Notes: generated from the sequence alone by a model not told the origin. Counted from the stretch's first letter, positions 30,646 through 53,408 are shown. The stretch: 64,000 nucleotides of DNA from Octopus vulgaris (GCA_951406725.2 CATOCA020000007.1:62001-126000), one strand, 5' to 3'. Numbers and translations: made by a program.

Positions 30646-33600
30646 GAAGAGAGCTCCGGGCTGAAGAAGAGAGCTCCGGGCTGAATAACAACATGGATGT
30701 TCCCTGGGAGCCTCTCTCCAAAAAACGAATTTAATCCAACAACATCGTTGCAATGGAAGAAAGGTTCCACAAAATATCTTTTCCAAAATTTCTTTTAAGG
30801 CAAAGTAACTAAAAAGTCCGAACTATTATTGCCATATATAGTATGGTTTTCTTTCTTTTATGCATAATATTTCCATGTGACATGCATAAGAAATAGAAGC
30901 AAACATCAGAGCTCTTGAAAGACAGTAAGTACATAAATTGATTAATTAATTAATTAATTAAATAAGTATACATGCAACTGTTTATGCATACACGTAGACA
31001 TTTTAATTGTAAAGTATACATGCAACTGTTTGTGCATACATGTACACATTTCAATTATAAAGCATAAATAATGCTTACACGCGCTCACACGTACACACAG
31101 AAAGAAAAACCACGTTACGCGGACGAAAACAAAACAAAAACAAAGCGCTTTTTCACGAACAAACGCAAAAAAGAGCAAATTGGTCACTGAATTTAGAAAG
31201 TCACTGAACAGTTATGCCCGGAAACATGACTACCAAAATAAATAGAGGCGAATTTCGATCTGTAAGTCTTATGCGAGTTCGATATGAACAATATATTAAT
31301 TCGGAGAATTCAGAAGCGGTGTCTTGTCAAAAAATTGACCCTGTACAAACACTCCCTTCTTCTAACGACACCGTCACAGAGGCGGCGTCTTGTCAAAAAG
31401 TTGACTCTGAAAAAATGGACCCCTCTGATGTCGCCGTCAATCATTTAATGAAAACAAGCCAAAAATCATGCCGGATCGGTCATCGCCCGGGACAACAAGG
31501 ACCGCGTTACCCAGTAGGGAACCAGACTGGGGTCGAAAAGTTTGCTGCTGGAACAAACTCTCAAAAAGACGATCTACCAGGTGACCAGAACCAGAATACT
31601 TCTAACTCTGGACTTGTAGTGACACCACCAAAAACACCACCTAAAGCAAAACGTATAAAATGGACCAGAGAGGACTATAGAGATGTGTTGAAAGCTTTTT
31701 ATACAGCCCAACTAAACCCAAATAATAACCTCAGTGTACAAACATACATCTCATGGAGACATTCAGTAGGCAATGACGTACGTAGATATATAGACGCAAA
31801 TAAATTAAGTAATGTACGCAGAGATATAATTAAAAACAAAAGACTAACTGACGCTGAAATTGACAAAATTAGGACACTGATAGCTCATGGTAGACCAAAA
31901 GAAAACAGCAACAATGTAGACGAAATAGGTAACAGTAGTACAGAAGCCAGTGTACAAGCGGCAAATCAACTTCCCAATGGGGAAGTTAAACAAAGAATAG
32001 CGAAGACGAGAGATTTGAAAACAGAGGAGAACGTAGACCTTCCTCAAGAAAACCAAAATAGATATGACATAGAATTTGAGGTGAATAATAGAGAAAAGAT
32101 TATGGAAGCAAAAGTGGACATTATGAGAGAACTCGGCAAGATTGAGCTCACTGACATGGTTAATAGAGAACCACTACCAAAGTTTTCAAATGGCACAAGA
32201 AATAACAACACAATCATGACATATAACGTTGCCCTAGGACAGATCTTAAGAAATACGGGGAATGATTTGACAACCTTAAATAATCTCATTTATTCCACTG
32301 CTAAAGTAGTAACTACCCAACTAGGTATTAAGATGACAAAGAAAAAGGCCAGGCATGTCAATGAACCTCCTAAGTGGAAAGTAGCGATACAAAAAGAGAT
32401 TGAATCTCTGCGGGCGGATGTTTCAGTTCTCGATGAGCTTGCTAGAGGAGTGAATATTAAGCCGAGAAAAGCTAGAAAAATCAAGCAAAAATATAAAATC
32501 AAAGATCTCATAAACCTCCCTGCAACTAAGGAACTGTTGAAACAACGGATACAGTTGAAAGCTCAACGGCTTAGAAGGTATGACAAAAGAAACAAATTTT
32601 ATCGACAAAATAAATTTTTTAAGACAGATGCAAAGAAATTTTATAGGGAAATTGGCAAAAATAAAATACACATAGAAGATCCACCTAAGATTGAGGAAGT
32701 GGAGGAGTTCTGGAAGAAGGTATGGAGCAACGAAAAAGAGTTTAATGCTGAGGCTGACTGGATAGAACGTGAGAAAGAGAGACTGGATGAACTTGAAGAA
32801 CAGAAATGGGAAGCAATAGGAATAGAGGAGCTAAGGTGTGTCCTTAGGAAGGTTCATAAATGGAAAACCCCAGGACTGGATCGGATCCCTAACTTCTGGC
32901 TGAATTGTTTGACAGAGGTACACGAACATCTCGCTGCATCTCTGTCTGATGTCATTCAGAACCCAGAGCAAATACCTGCTTGGCTGACTGAAGGAACCAC
33001 CTACCTATTACCTAAAACCGAAGACACAAAAAACCCAAAGAATTACCGGCCAATAACATGTCTCAACACCACCTACAAAATCCTCACATCCATAATAACG
33101 GAGAGAATGTACGCTTTCCTTGAACAAAATTCTATCCTTCCACAAGCTCAAAAAGGTTGTAAAAGAAACTCTTATGGGTGCAAAGACCAATTGCTCATAA
33201 ACAGAATGATTGTAGAGAATTGCCGGAGCAAAAACAAAAACCTGAGTATGGCATGGATAGACTACAGGAAAGCGTATGACAGTGTCCCACATAAATGGAT
33301 ACTCAAGGCCCTTGAGATATACAAGATCTCTCCTGTCGTCTCAAAATTCTTAGAGAATAGCATGACCATGTGGAACACACGTCTCTTTTTAAGCCATAGT
33401 AATGGGATGAGCCAGTCCAACAGCATCAACATCAAACGAGGCATCTTTCAAGGTGACTCCCTCTCTCCATTACTTTTTTGCATGGCACTGATCCCACTCT
33501 CAAACGAATTGGATAGTACTAGATATGGGTACAAAGTTTTTAGTAAATTAATAAACCATCTTTTCTATATGGACGACCTAAAGCTGTTTGCCAGGAATGA

Positions 33601-35273
33601 CCAAGAGCTAGAAGGGCTGCTAACAACTGTTAAAGAGTTTAGCAATGATATCGGAATGGATTTTGGCCTTGATAAGTGTGCTAAAGCAACTTTTGTAAGA
33701 GGCAAGCTCAGGCAAACAGCTTCTGTTAAATTAGATATTGACACTACCATCAAGGAACTTGACCCACAGGAAAGTTACAAATACCTAGGAATCAACGAAG
33801 GAGATGGTATACATCATGCTACTATGAAGGAAAAAATAAGAAAGGAATACTATAGGAGAATAAGGCTTGTACTGAAGACTGAGCTCAACTCCAAAAATTG
33901 CATTGAGGCCATTAACACCCTGGCACTTCCAGTAGTCCAGTACAGTTTTAATATCATTAACTGGAACCTTACGGAACTCCAACGCTTAGACAGGAAGACA
34001 AGAAAGTTACTGACATCCAGGAGCATGCATCACCCTAAGGCAGATGTAGACCGCTTGTACCTACCTAGAAGCAGCGGGGGGAGAGGAATGATGCAATTAG
34101 AGCTGTGCTATAAGACCTCTACTGTAGGAATGAACAGGTACCTATCTAGTACAAAGGACTGGATGCTGCGACTTGTGCGCGAACACGAAAGCAACAAAAA
34201 GCTGCATTCTATTGTCAAGGAAGCTTATAAGTTCGAAAGGGAACTAGACATTAACCTTGAATCAAATGAAGAGCCGGAAACCACTGCTACCAAGCAAGCA
34301 AAGCGAATCAAGCAGACTGCAAAAAAGAACGGGCAGAATCAAATTGAGAGGCGGTGGAGCCAGAAGCCCCTGCATGGACAATATATTCTCCGAAGCCAAA
34401 ATGCTGATGTAGACCAAGCAACAACCCATCAGTGGCTGAAGAGCTCTGGATTGAAAGCAGAGACTGAAGGTTTCATAATGGCAGCACAAGATCAAAGCTT
34501 GTTTACCAGAAATTACCAGGCTAACGTTCTCCGAAACGGTACTGACCCTAAATGCAGATTCTGCGACACATTTGACGAAACGATAGACCATCTCGTTTCG
34601 GGATGTCCTGTGCTGACACCAAACGAATACAAAAATCGCCACGATAGGGTAGGACAGTATATACATTGGAAGATATGTAAACACTACAAGTCCGACACTC
34701 CTGCTAACTGGTACGAACACCATCCTCAGCCAGTTGTTGAAGGTAAAGATGTCACCATCCTCTGGGATTTTCCAGTCAACACTGACAGAACGATCAAGGC
34801 TAATCGACCAGACATAATTGTTAAGGACAGGGAAGAAAATACCTGCAGACTAATAGAAGTAAGCGTCCCCACTGATAAAAATGTATCTGTCAAGGAATTT
34901 GACAAACTTAGTAAATATAAGGACCTGGAAATCGAAATACAGAGGATGTGGAATCTTAAAGCAAAAACTGTTCCTGTTATTGTAGGTGCCCTAGGTATGA
35001 TAAAAAAGGGATGTCAGAAACACCTAGACAATATCCCTGGAAAACCATGTCTCAAGGAAATTCAAAAGATTGTGCTAACAAGTACTGCCCACATCCTTAG
35101 AAAAACCCTATCAATGTAAATGTCTGTGTTTGCATTACATGGAGATATATCTCTACTTCCCCTCCCCAAGCTTTCAGCTGTATTTCAACAACTCTTAACC
35201 TTCACTTGCCCTAGGGCGCTGGGTGTGCTCCGGCAGGTGATTGCATCAAACATGCAGATTAAAAGTAAATGAC
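30646..35273 (+). mobile_element. Apparently full-length R4/Dong-clade RLE non-LTR retrotransposon (family D1) in (TAA)n
   Basis: ~570-bp 5'UTR, single long ORF, ~150-bp 3'UTR; both flanks are (TAA)n. Dong elements of the R4 clade are known (TAA)n-targeting elements. Confidence 0.92.
31214..35119 (+). CDS. R4/Dong polyprotein: N-terminal domain, RT, CCHC knuckle, restriction-like endonuclease (1301 aa)
   Basis: KWTREDY; KTPGLD; NYRPITCL; WIDYRKAYDSV; GIFQGDSLSPLLF; YMDD; YKYLG; CRFC...TIDHLVSGC; RHD; RPDI...IEVSV...KYKDL. Confidence 0.97.
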   Translation: MPGNMTTKINRGEFRSVSLMRVRYEQYINSENSEAVSCQKIDPVQTLPSSNDTVTEAASCQKVDSEKMDPSDVAVNHLMKTSQKSCRIGHRPGQQGPRYPVGNQTGVEKFAAGTNSQKDDLPGDQNQNTSNSGLVVTPPKTPPKAKRIKWTREDYRDVLKAFYTAQLNPNNNLSVQTYISWRHSVGNDVRRYIDANKLSNVRRDIIKNKRLTDAEIDKIRTLIAHGRPKENSNNVDEIGNSSTEASVQAANQLPNGEVKQRIAKTRDLKTEENVDLPQENQNRYDIEFEVNNREKIMEAKVDIMRELGKIELTDMVNREPLPKFSNGTRNNNTIMTYNVALGQILRNTGNDLTTLNNLIYSTAKVVTTQLGIKMTKKKARHVNEPPKWKVAIQKEIESLRADVSVLDELARGVNIKPRKARKIKQKYKIKDLINLPATKELLKQRIQLKAQRLRRYDKRNKFYRQNKFFKTDAKKFYREIGKNKIHIEDPPKIEEVEEFWKKVWSNEKEFNAEADWIEREKERLDELEEQKWEAIGIEELRCVLRKVHKWKTPGLDRIPNFWLNCLTEVHEHLAASLSDVIQNPEQIPAWLTEGTTYLLPKTEDTKNPKNYRPITCLNTTYKILTSIITERMYAFLEQNSILPQAQKGCKRNSYGCKDQLLINRMIVENCRSKNKNLSMAWIDYRKAYDSVPHKWILKALEIYKISPVVSKFLENSMTMWNTRLFLSHSNGMSQSNSINIKRGIFQGDSLSPLLFCMALIPLSNELDSTRYGYKVFSKLINHLFYMDDLKLFARNDQELEGLLTTVKEFSNDIGMDFGLDKCAKATFVRGKLRQTASVKLDIDTTIKELDPQESYKYLGINEGDGIHHATMKEKIRKEYYRRIRLVLKTELNSKNCIEAINTLALPVVQYSFNIINWNLTELQRLDRKTRKLLTSRSMHHPKADVDRLYLPRSSGGRGMMQLELCYKTSTVGMNRYLSSTKDWMLRLVREHESNKKLHSIVKEAYKFERELDINLESNEEPETTATKQAKRIKQTAKKNGQNQIERRWSQKPLHGQYILRSQNADVDQATTHQWLKSSGLKAETEGFIMAAQDQSLFTRNYQANVLRNGTDPKCRFCDTFDETIDHLVSGCPVLTPNEYKNRHDRVGQYIHWKICKHYKSDTPANWYEHHPQPVVEGKDVTILWDFPVNTDRTIKANRPDIIVKDREENTCRLIEVSVPTDKNVSVKEFDKLSKYKDLEIEIQRMWNLKAKTVPVIVGALGMIKKGCQKHLDNIPGKPCLKEIQKIVLTSTAHILRKTLSM

Positions 35274-35277
35274 AATG

Positions 35278-35314
<37 letters not shown>

Positions 35315-35330
35315 TAATAATAATAATAAT

Positions 35331-35361
<31 letters not shown>

Positions 35362-35362
35362 A

Positions 35363-35405
<43 letters not shown>

Positions 35406-35429
35406 TAATAATAATAATAATAATATTAA

Positions 35430-35460
<31 letters not shown>

Positions 35461-35842
35461 ATGGAAGCTGAAGACTAAAACAATACCTGTTGTCATAGGT
35501 GCCCTGGGAATGATAGCAAAAGGGGCTGATAGCTACCTAACTCAGATACCAGGAAACACAAAAATGGCAGAAGTTCAAAAGATAGTGCTCATGGGAACTG
35601 CTCATATCCTACGCAAAATACTCTATGTAATCTCAAGGTTTAAAACAAACATAATTTTCGGTTTAAAAAAAAAAAAAAAAACTTTATTTTTTTTAGACAT
35701 TCATTAGTACAACATCCCCACCCCCAAATATATGGCACACTAGGCATAACAACAACATGAACTTCCAACCCTGTTGTCTCTTGAGGTCTCTGGGTGAGAC
35801 TTGGAGCCAACTTGTACAAATATAAAGCAAAAGTCAAACATA

Positions 35843-35843
<1 letters not shown>
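35461..35843 (+). mobile_element. Second copy of the truncated D3 element
   Basis: Same 5' truncation and same upstream TAA variant pattern as 27643-28022. Confidence 0.9.
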
Positions 35844-35881
<38 letters not shown>

Positions 35882-35898
35882 TAATAAAAATAATAATG

Positions 35899-35978
<80 letters not shown>

Positions 35979-36024
35979 AATATTAATTATAATAATAAAA
36001 TAATAATAATAAAAATAACAATAA

Positions 36025-36055
<31 letters not shown>

Positions 36056-36107
36056 AATAATGATAAAAATAATAATAATAATAATAATAAAAATAATAAT
36101 AATAAAG

Positions 36108-36375
<268 letters not shown>

Positions 36376-36378
36376 TAA

Positions 36379-36410
<32 letters not shown>

Positions 36411-36432
36411 ATAATAAAAATAATAATAATAA

Positions 36433-36603
<171 letters not shown>

Positions 36604-36636
36604 TAATAATAATAATAATAATGATAATAAAAATAA

Positions 36637-36714
<78 letters not shown>

Positions 36715-36729
36715 TAATAATAATAATAA

Positions 36730-36822
<93 letters not shown>

Positions 36823-36831
36823 TAATAATAA

Positions 36832-37849
<1,018 letters not shown>

Positions 37850-37866
37850 TAATAATAATAATAATG

Positions 37867-38308
<442 letters not shown>

Positions 38309-38340
38309 TAATAATAATAAAAATAATAATAATAATAATG

Positions 38341-38389
<49 letters not shown>

Positions 38390-38394
38390 TAATG

Positions 38395-38473
<79 letters not shown>

Positions 38474-38480
38474 TAATTAA

Positions 38481-38538
<58 letters not shown>

Positions 38539-38546
38539 TTAATAAA

Positions 38547-38660
<114 letters not shown>

Positions 38661-38677
38661 TAATAATAATAATAATA

Positions 38678-38711
<34 letters not shown>

Positions 38712-38735
38712 TAATAATAATAAAAATAATAATAA

Positions 38736-39040
<305 letters not shown>

Positions 39041-39050
39041 GATAATAATA

Positions 39051-39572
<522 letters not shown>

Positions 39573-39589
39573 TAATAATAATAATAATA

Positions 39590-39912
<323 letters not shown>

Positions 39913-39915
39913 TAA

Positions 39916-40713
<798 letters not shown>

Positions 40714-40735
40714 AGATAATTATAATGATAATTAA

Positions 40736-40798
<63 letters not shown>

Positions 40799-40805
40799 TA
40801 ATAAA

Positions 40806-40890
<85 letters not shown>

Positions 40891-40898
40891 TTAATAAA

Positions 40899-41168
<270 letters not shown>

Positions 41169-41236
41169 TATTAATAATAAAAATAATTATAATAATAATG
41201 ATAATAATAATGATTAAAAAAATAATAATAATAATA

Positions 41237-41990
<754 letters not shown>

Positions 41991-41998
41991 TTAATAAA

Positions 41999-42533
<535 letters not shown>

Positions 42534-42536
42534 TAA

Positions 42537-43034
<498 letters not shown>

Positions 43035-43063
43035 TAATAATAAAAATAATAATAATAATAATG

Positions 43064-43157
<94 letters not shown>

Positions 43158-43160
43158 TAA

Positions 43161-43191
<31 letters not shown>

Positions 43192-43194
43192 AAA

Positions 43195-44162
43195 GATGTA
43201 AGAAGGAAAATTCAGAGCTCCGAAACCTATCCACAAACATCGAAAACAAGGTCATCCTATGGAGCCAAAGTTTTACTAACAAAGAATTGGACTGTATCCG
43301 AGTAAGTAATACAAACTGAATTTTATTACTATTTTCGAAACGAAATGATGTATTTTGACTCGATATCATCTCCACCTCTAACGCAACACATATAAACATG
43401 CGTGAAACATCACGATCATCTCCGACCCCAAACACCATGTACAAAGGAACTACGAAGAAATTAAATGCCACCGATACTATTCAACCCAAGAATAACAATC
43501 GAGCGGTACGTACATTAAACCTACAACAAAAAATGTACGAAAAACTACACGTGCGAAATAATGTGACAACAGAAATAAACGGACCGGTACCCTACGAAAA
43601 TGACGACCGTCAAAATAATGGGCCGGACGTTGTACCTCATGTCCCGCAAATAAAACCCAAAAGACGTAAATGGACACGTGAGGAATACATTTCTATCTTA
43701 CACGCATACTTCAAGGCAGTACTCTACCCAAAAAATGAAAATACAACAACACATACATATAAAATATGGAAGGAAAATAATAGAGATTTAGACTTGGATA
43801 CAGCAATGAACCCTAATAAATTAGCTAACGTACGAAGATACATTCTCAACACAAAAAAAATATCAGAAATAGAAATAGAACACCTAAAAGAAAACATACA
43901 CCAGGAAAATGTAGATAGAAGCCACACAACAATGCCCAATAATATAAACACTGAAACTACATAACAAAAACACCAGGACTTACAAACACATATAACATAC
44001 AGAAAATTGCACTACTAGGCACTGCACACATCCTACGCAGAACACTTTCCATACAATAACCATCAGAGCATCACAACAAATCACAGCACATACCCAAGGC
44101 ACACAGAGCTGCGCTCGGTAGTGAAGTGAAAGCACGCTATAAAAATAAAAATAAAACTACTG
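43195..44162 (+). mobile_element. Internally deleted Dong-like element: a 5' end fused to the D2 3' end
   Basis: ORF 43398-43964 (KRRKWTREEY...NKLANVRRYI) is homologous to the D1 N-terminus. At ~43958 it joins 'tacataacaaaaacaccagg...actactg', the last ~200 bp of D2. Confidence 0.88.
43398..43964 (+). pseudogene. N-terminal fragment of a Dong-like ORF
   Basis: Aligns by eye with D1 residues KRIKWTREDYRDVLKAFY...DANKLSNVRRDII. The stop codon is created at the deletion junction. Confidence 0.8.
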
Positions 44163-44195
44163 AATAATAATAATAATAATAATAATATTAATAAA

Positions 44196-44238
<43 letters not shown>

Positions 44239-44265
44239 TTAAAAATTATAATAATAATAATAATA

Positions 44266-44391
<126 letters not shown>

Positions 44392-44407
44392 TTAATAATA
44401 ATAATAA

Positions 44408-44488
<81 letters not shown>

Positions 44489-44509
44489 TAATTATAATAA
44501 TAATAATAA

Positions 44510-44612
<103 letters not shown>

Positions 44613-44628
44613 ATAATAATAATAATAA

Positions 44629-44675
<47 letters not shown>

Positions 44676-44683
44676 TTAATAAA

Positions 44684-44921
<238 letters not shown>

Positions 44922-44929
44922 TTAATAAA

Positions 44930-44984
<55 letters not shown>

Positions 44985-45026
44985 TTAATAAAAATAATAA
45001 TAATAAAAATAATAATAATAATAATG

Positions 45027-45059
<33 letters not shown>

Positions 45060-45102
45060 TTAATAATAATAATAATAATAATAATAATGATAATAAAAAT
45101 AA

Positions 45103-45164
<62 letters not shown>

Positions 45165-45172
45165 TTAATAAA

Positions 45173-45213
<41 letters not shown>

Positions 45214-45220
45214 TAATAAA

Positions 45221-45327
<107 letters not shown>

Positions 45328-45360
45328 TAATAATAATAATAATATTAATAATAATAATAA

Positions 45361-46035
<675 letters not shown>

Positions 46036-46051
46036 TTAATAATAATAATAA

Positions 46052-46154
<103 letters not shown>

Positions 46155-46166
46155 TAATAATAATAA

Positions 46167-46553
<387 letters not shown>

Positions 46554-46559
46554 TAATAA

Positions 46560-46833
<274 letters not shown>

Positions 46834-46890
46834 AATATTAATAATAATAATAATGAAAATAATAATAATAATAAAAATAATAATAATAAT

Positions 46891-48260
<1,370 letters not shown>

Positions 48261-48773
48261 CCAAGGGCAAAGCCAAAATTTTACTAACAAAGAATTGGAC
48301 TGTATCCGAGTAAGTAATACAAACTGAAATTTATTACTATTTTCGAAACGAAATGATGTATTTTGACTCGATATCATCTCCACCTCTAACGCAACACATA
48401 TAAACATGCGTGAAACATCACGATCATCTCCGACCCCAAACACCATGTACAAAGGAACTACGAAGAAATTAAATGCCACCGATACTATTCAACCCAAGAA
48501 TAACAATCGAGCGGTACGTACATTAAACCTACAACAAAAAATGTACGAAAAACTACACGTGCGAAATAATGTGACAACAGAAATAAACGGACCGGTACCC
48601 TACGAAAATGACGACCGTCAAAATAATGGGCCGGACGTTGTACCTCATGTCCCGCAAATAAAACCCAAAAGACGTAAATGGACACGTGAGGAATACATTT
48701 CTATCTTACACGCATACTTCAAGGCAGTACTCTACCCAAAAAATGAAAATACAACAACACTTACATATAAAAT
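48261..48773 (+). mobile_element. 5' portion of another copy of the 43195 Dong-like element, running into a gap
   Basis: Near-identical to 43263-43765 but lacks the first ~68 nt. Confidence 0.88.
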
Positions 48774-48873
48774 NNNNNNNNNNNNNNNNNNNNNNNNNNN
48801 NNNNNNNNNNNNNNNNNNNNNNNNNNNNNNNNNNNNNNNNNNNNNNNNNNNNNNNNNNNNNNNNNNNNNNNNN

Positions 48874-49298
48874 CTACATCATCTGCATGATGTGGAAAAT
48901 ATTCCATCAGCATTGCCCAAATGATGTTGGCATCACCTTTAAGGTACATCCAAGGCTTGGGCCCCGTGCCATCCGCCCAAAACAAAAATCGCACTCTCAT
49001 CTCATAACAACAATACGGCACAATTATTTCACCTCAATTGGCCCCGCTCTCTTTAACATTACACCAAAACACATTAAAACAGAAACTGACCCTATAGGGT
49101 TCAAGAAGTCTTTGGACAGATTCCTTCAAGAAATCCCGGATAAACCCCCTACACCCGGATATGTCTCTGTAAACAATAACTCTCTACTTGAGTGGGCCAT
49201 AGTGCCCAAATTCTGACTTGAAAGACTTCACCAGGTGGTGCTATTAAGTTAGACATGGCCTGGGCCAATAATGGCCGAAACCTATCAAAGTATCAAAG
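48874..49298 (+). mobile_element. 3' end of a second family-B LINE
   Basis: Appears identical to 8552-8976; ends in (TATCAAAG)2 then TA/TATG repeats. Confidence 0.93.
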
Positions 49299-49352
49299 TA
49301 TATATGTATATATATATATATATATGTATGTATATATATATATATATGTATG

Positions 49353-49385
<33 letters not shown>

Positions 49386-49486
49386 GTATATATATATATA
49401 TGTATGTATGTATATATATATATATGTATATATATATATGTATGTATGTATGTATATATATATATATGTATATATATATATGTATG

Positions 49487-49533
<47 letters not shown>

Positions 49534-49552
49534 GTATATATATATATGTATG

Positions 49553-49583
<31 letters not shown>

Positions 49584-49696
49584 GTATGTATATATGTATA
49601 TATATATATGTATATATATATATGTATGTATATATATATGTATATATGTATGTATATATATATGTATGTATATATATATGTATGTATATATGTATG

Positions 49697-49731
<35 letters not shown>

Positions 49732-50041
49732 GTATATATATATATGTATGTATATATGTATATATATATGTATGTATATATATATGTATGTATATATATA
49801 TATGTATGTATATGTATGTATGTATATATGTATGTATGTATATATATATATATGTATGTATATATATATATGTATGTATATATATATATGTATGTATATA
49901 TATATGTATGTATGTATATATATATATATATATGTATGTATATATATATATGTATATATATATATGTATGTATATATATATATGTATGTATATATATATA
50001 TGTATGTATATATATATATATGTATATATATATATGTATGT

Positions 50042-50074
<33 letters not shown>

Positions 50075-50075
<1 letters not shown>

Positions 50076-50425
50076 CTATCTATATATAAACGGCAGTTTG
50101 TATATGCGTATATATGTATGTCTGTTTTCTCGTATATACCACAGCTTTCAACCGATTCTGATGAAACTTGACACACGCATAGCCCAATGTCATAATTCAT
50201 AACTAACGCAGCGAAAATGTTGAAAAGTTCCCCCAGTTCTGATAAAAATCGATACACTGACATGGGGTCGAGAATCAAAAAACACACACACAAACCACAG
50301 ACTGTCTAGACGCAACTTCAACTTTTTACTCTCAAAAAAATTTACCATAATTTTTTTTTCCATGTATATATTGGCTATATCTCTAAAGATGCTATATATA
50401 GTATATATCTTATATATAACCTAGG
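50075..50425 (+). mobile_element. Non-autonomous Helitron-like element, copy 1 (3' end degraded)
   Basis: Homologous to 55602-55987 from 'tctatatataaacggcagtttg'; the 3' end decays into TA-like sequence. Confidence 0.75.
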
Positions 50426-50437
50426 CACACACATATG

Positions 50438-50508
<71 letters not shown>

Positions 50509-50537
50509 GTATGTATATATATATATATATATGTATG

Positions 50538-50596
<59 letters not shown>

Positions 50597-50619
50597 GTAT
50601 GTATATATATATATGTATG

Positions 50620-50664
<45 letters not shown>

Positions 50665-50699
50665 GTATGTATATATATATATGTATGTATATATATATG

Positions 50700-50731
<32 letters not shown>

Positions 50732-50827
50732 TATACATATATATATATATGTATGTATATATATATATGTATGTATATATATATGTATATATATATGTAT
50801 ATATATATGTATGTATGTATATGTATG

Positions 50828-50867
<40 letters not shown>

Positions 50868-50893
50868 TATGTATGTATATATATATATGTATG

Positions 50894-50924
<31 letters not shown>

Positions 50925-50938
50925 GTATGTATGTATAT

Positions 50939-50979
<41 letters not shown>

Positions 50980-51005
50980 TGTATATATATATATATATAT
51001 GTATA

Positions 51006-51074
<69 letters not shown>

Positions 51075-51084
51075 ATATATATAT

Positions 51085-51116
<32 letters not shown>

Positions 51117-51321
51117 TATGTATGTATATATATATATAGTATGTATATTATTATATATATGTATGTATTATATATATATATATGTATGTATATTATTATT
51201 ATTTTATTATTATTATTATTATATGTATGTATATATATATATTATGTATTATTATATATGTATATATTATATATATGTATTATATATATGTATATTATAT
51301 ATTATTATATGTATATACATA

Positions 51322-51352
<31 letters not shown>

Positions 51353-51814
51353 GTATTATATTATTATGTATGTATATTATTATTATATATATATGTATGT
51401 ATATATATTATTATATTATATTATTATGTATTATTATATATGTATGTATATATATATATATATGTATATTATTAAGGGGGGGGGGGGGAGAGTATATATA
51501 TATATATATATGTATGTATTATATATATATATGTATGTATATATATATATATATGTATGTATATATAGATATGTATGTATTATATATATATATGTATGTA
51601 TAGATATATATATGTATGTATATATATATATAAAGTAGAGATATATATATATGTATGTATATACATATATATGTATATATACATATGTATATATTATTAT
51701 TATATATGTATGATAGATATATATATATGTATTATTATATTATTATATATATATATTATTATGTATATATATATATATGTATGTATATGTATATATTATA
51801 TATATATATGTATG

Positions 51815-51845
<31 letters not shown>

Positions 51846-51919
51846 GTATGTATATATATATATATGCTGTATGTATATATATATATATATGTATGTATAT
51901 ATTATATGTATGTATATAT

Positions 51920-51977
<58 letters not shown>

Positions 51978-52216
51978 TGCATGTATATATATATATGTAT
52001 GTATATATATGTATATATATATGTATGTATATATATATATGTATGTATATATATATGTATGTATGTATATGTATATATATATGTATGTATGTATATATAT
52101 ATATATATATATGTATGTATATATATATATGTATGTATATATATACATATATGTATGTATGTATATGTATATATATATATATGTATGTATGTATATATAT
52201 GTATATATATATATAT

Positions 52217-52258
<42 letters not shown>

Positions 52259-52545
52259 GTATATATATATATATGTATGTATATATATATATATGTATGT
52301 ATATATATATGTATGTATATATATATATGTATGTATATATATATATATGTATGTATATATATATATATGTATGTATGTACATATATATATATGTATGTAT
52401 ATATATATACATATGTATGTGTATATATATATATATGTATGTATGTATATATGTATGTACATATGTATGTATATATATATATATGTATGTATATATATAT
52501 GTATGTATGTATACATATATATACACACACACACACACACATCTG

Positions 52546-52592
<47 letters not shown>

Positions 52593-52601
52593 GTATGTAT
52601 G

Positions 52602-52633
<32 letters not shown>

Positions 52634-52979
52634 TGTATGTATATATATATATATGTATGTATATGTATATATATATGTATGTATGTATATATATATATAT
52701 GTATGTATATATATATATATATGTATGTATATATGTATGTATGTATGTATATATATATATGTATGTATATGTATATATATGTATGTATATGTATATATAT
52801 ATATATGTATGTATATACATATGTATGTATATGTATATATATATGTATGTATATGTATATATATATATGTATGTATATGTATGTATATATATATATATGT
52901 ATGTATATATATATGTATGTATATATATATGTATGTATATACATACATATATATGTATGTATATATATATATATGTATG

Positions 52980-53010
<31 letters not shown>

Positions 53011-53143
53011 ATATATATATATGTATGTATATATATATATGTATGTATATATATGTATACATGTATGTATGTATATATGTATGTATGTATGTATATATAT
53101 ATATATGTATGTATATATATATATATGTATGTATATATGTATG

Positions 53144-53178
<35 letters not shown>

Positions 53179-53215
53179 ATATATATATGTATGTATGTAT
53201 ATATATATATGTATG

Positions 53216-53260
<45 letters not shown>

Positions 53261-53376
53261 GTATATATATATGTATGTATGTATATATATATGTATGTAT
53301 ATGTATATGTATGTATGTATATATATATATAAAAGAGACATGTATGTATGTATATATATGTATATGTATATATATG

Positions 53377-53408
<32 letters not shown>

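Noticed and set aside
43195-43260. Possible hammerhead ribozyme (gga...tcc gaaa cct...agg tc)
   Set aside because: The required CUGANGA core is missing.
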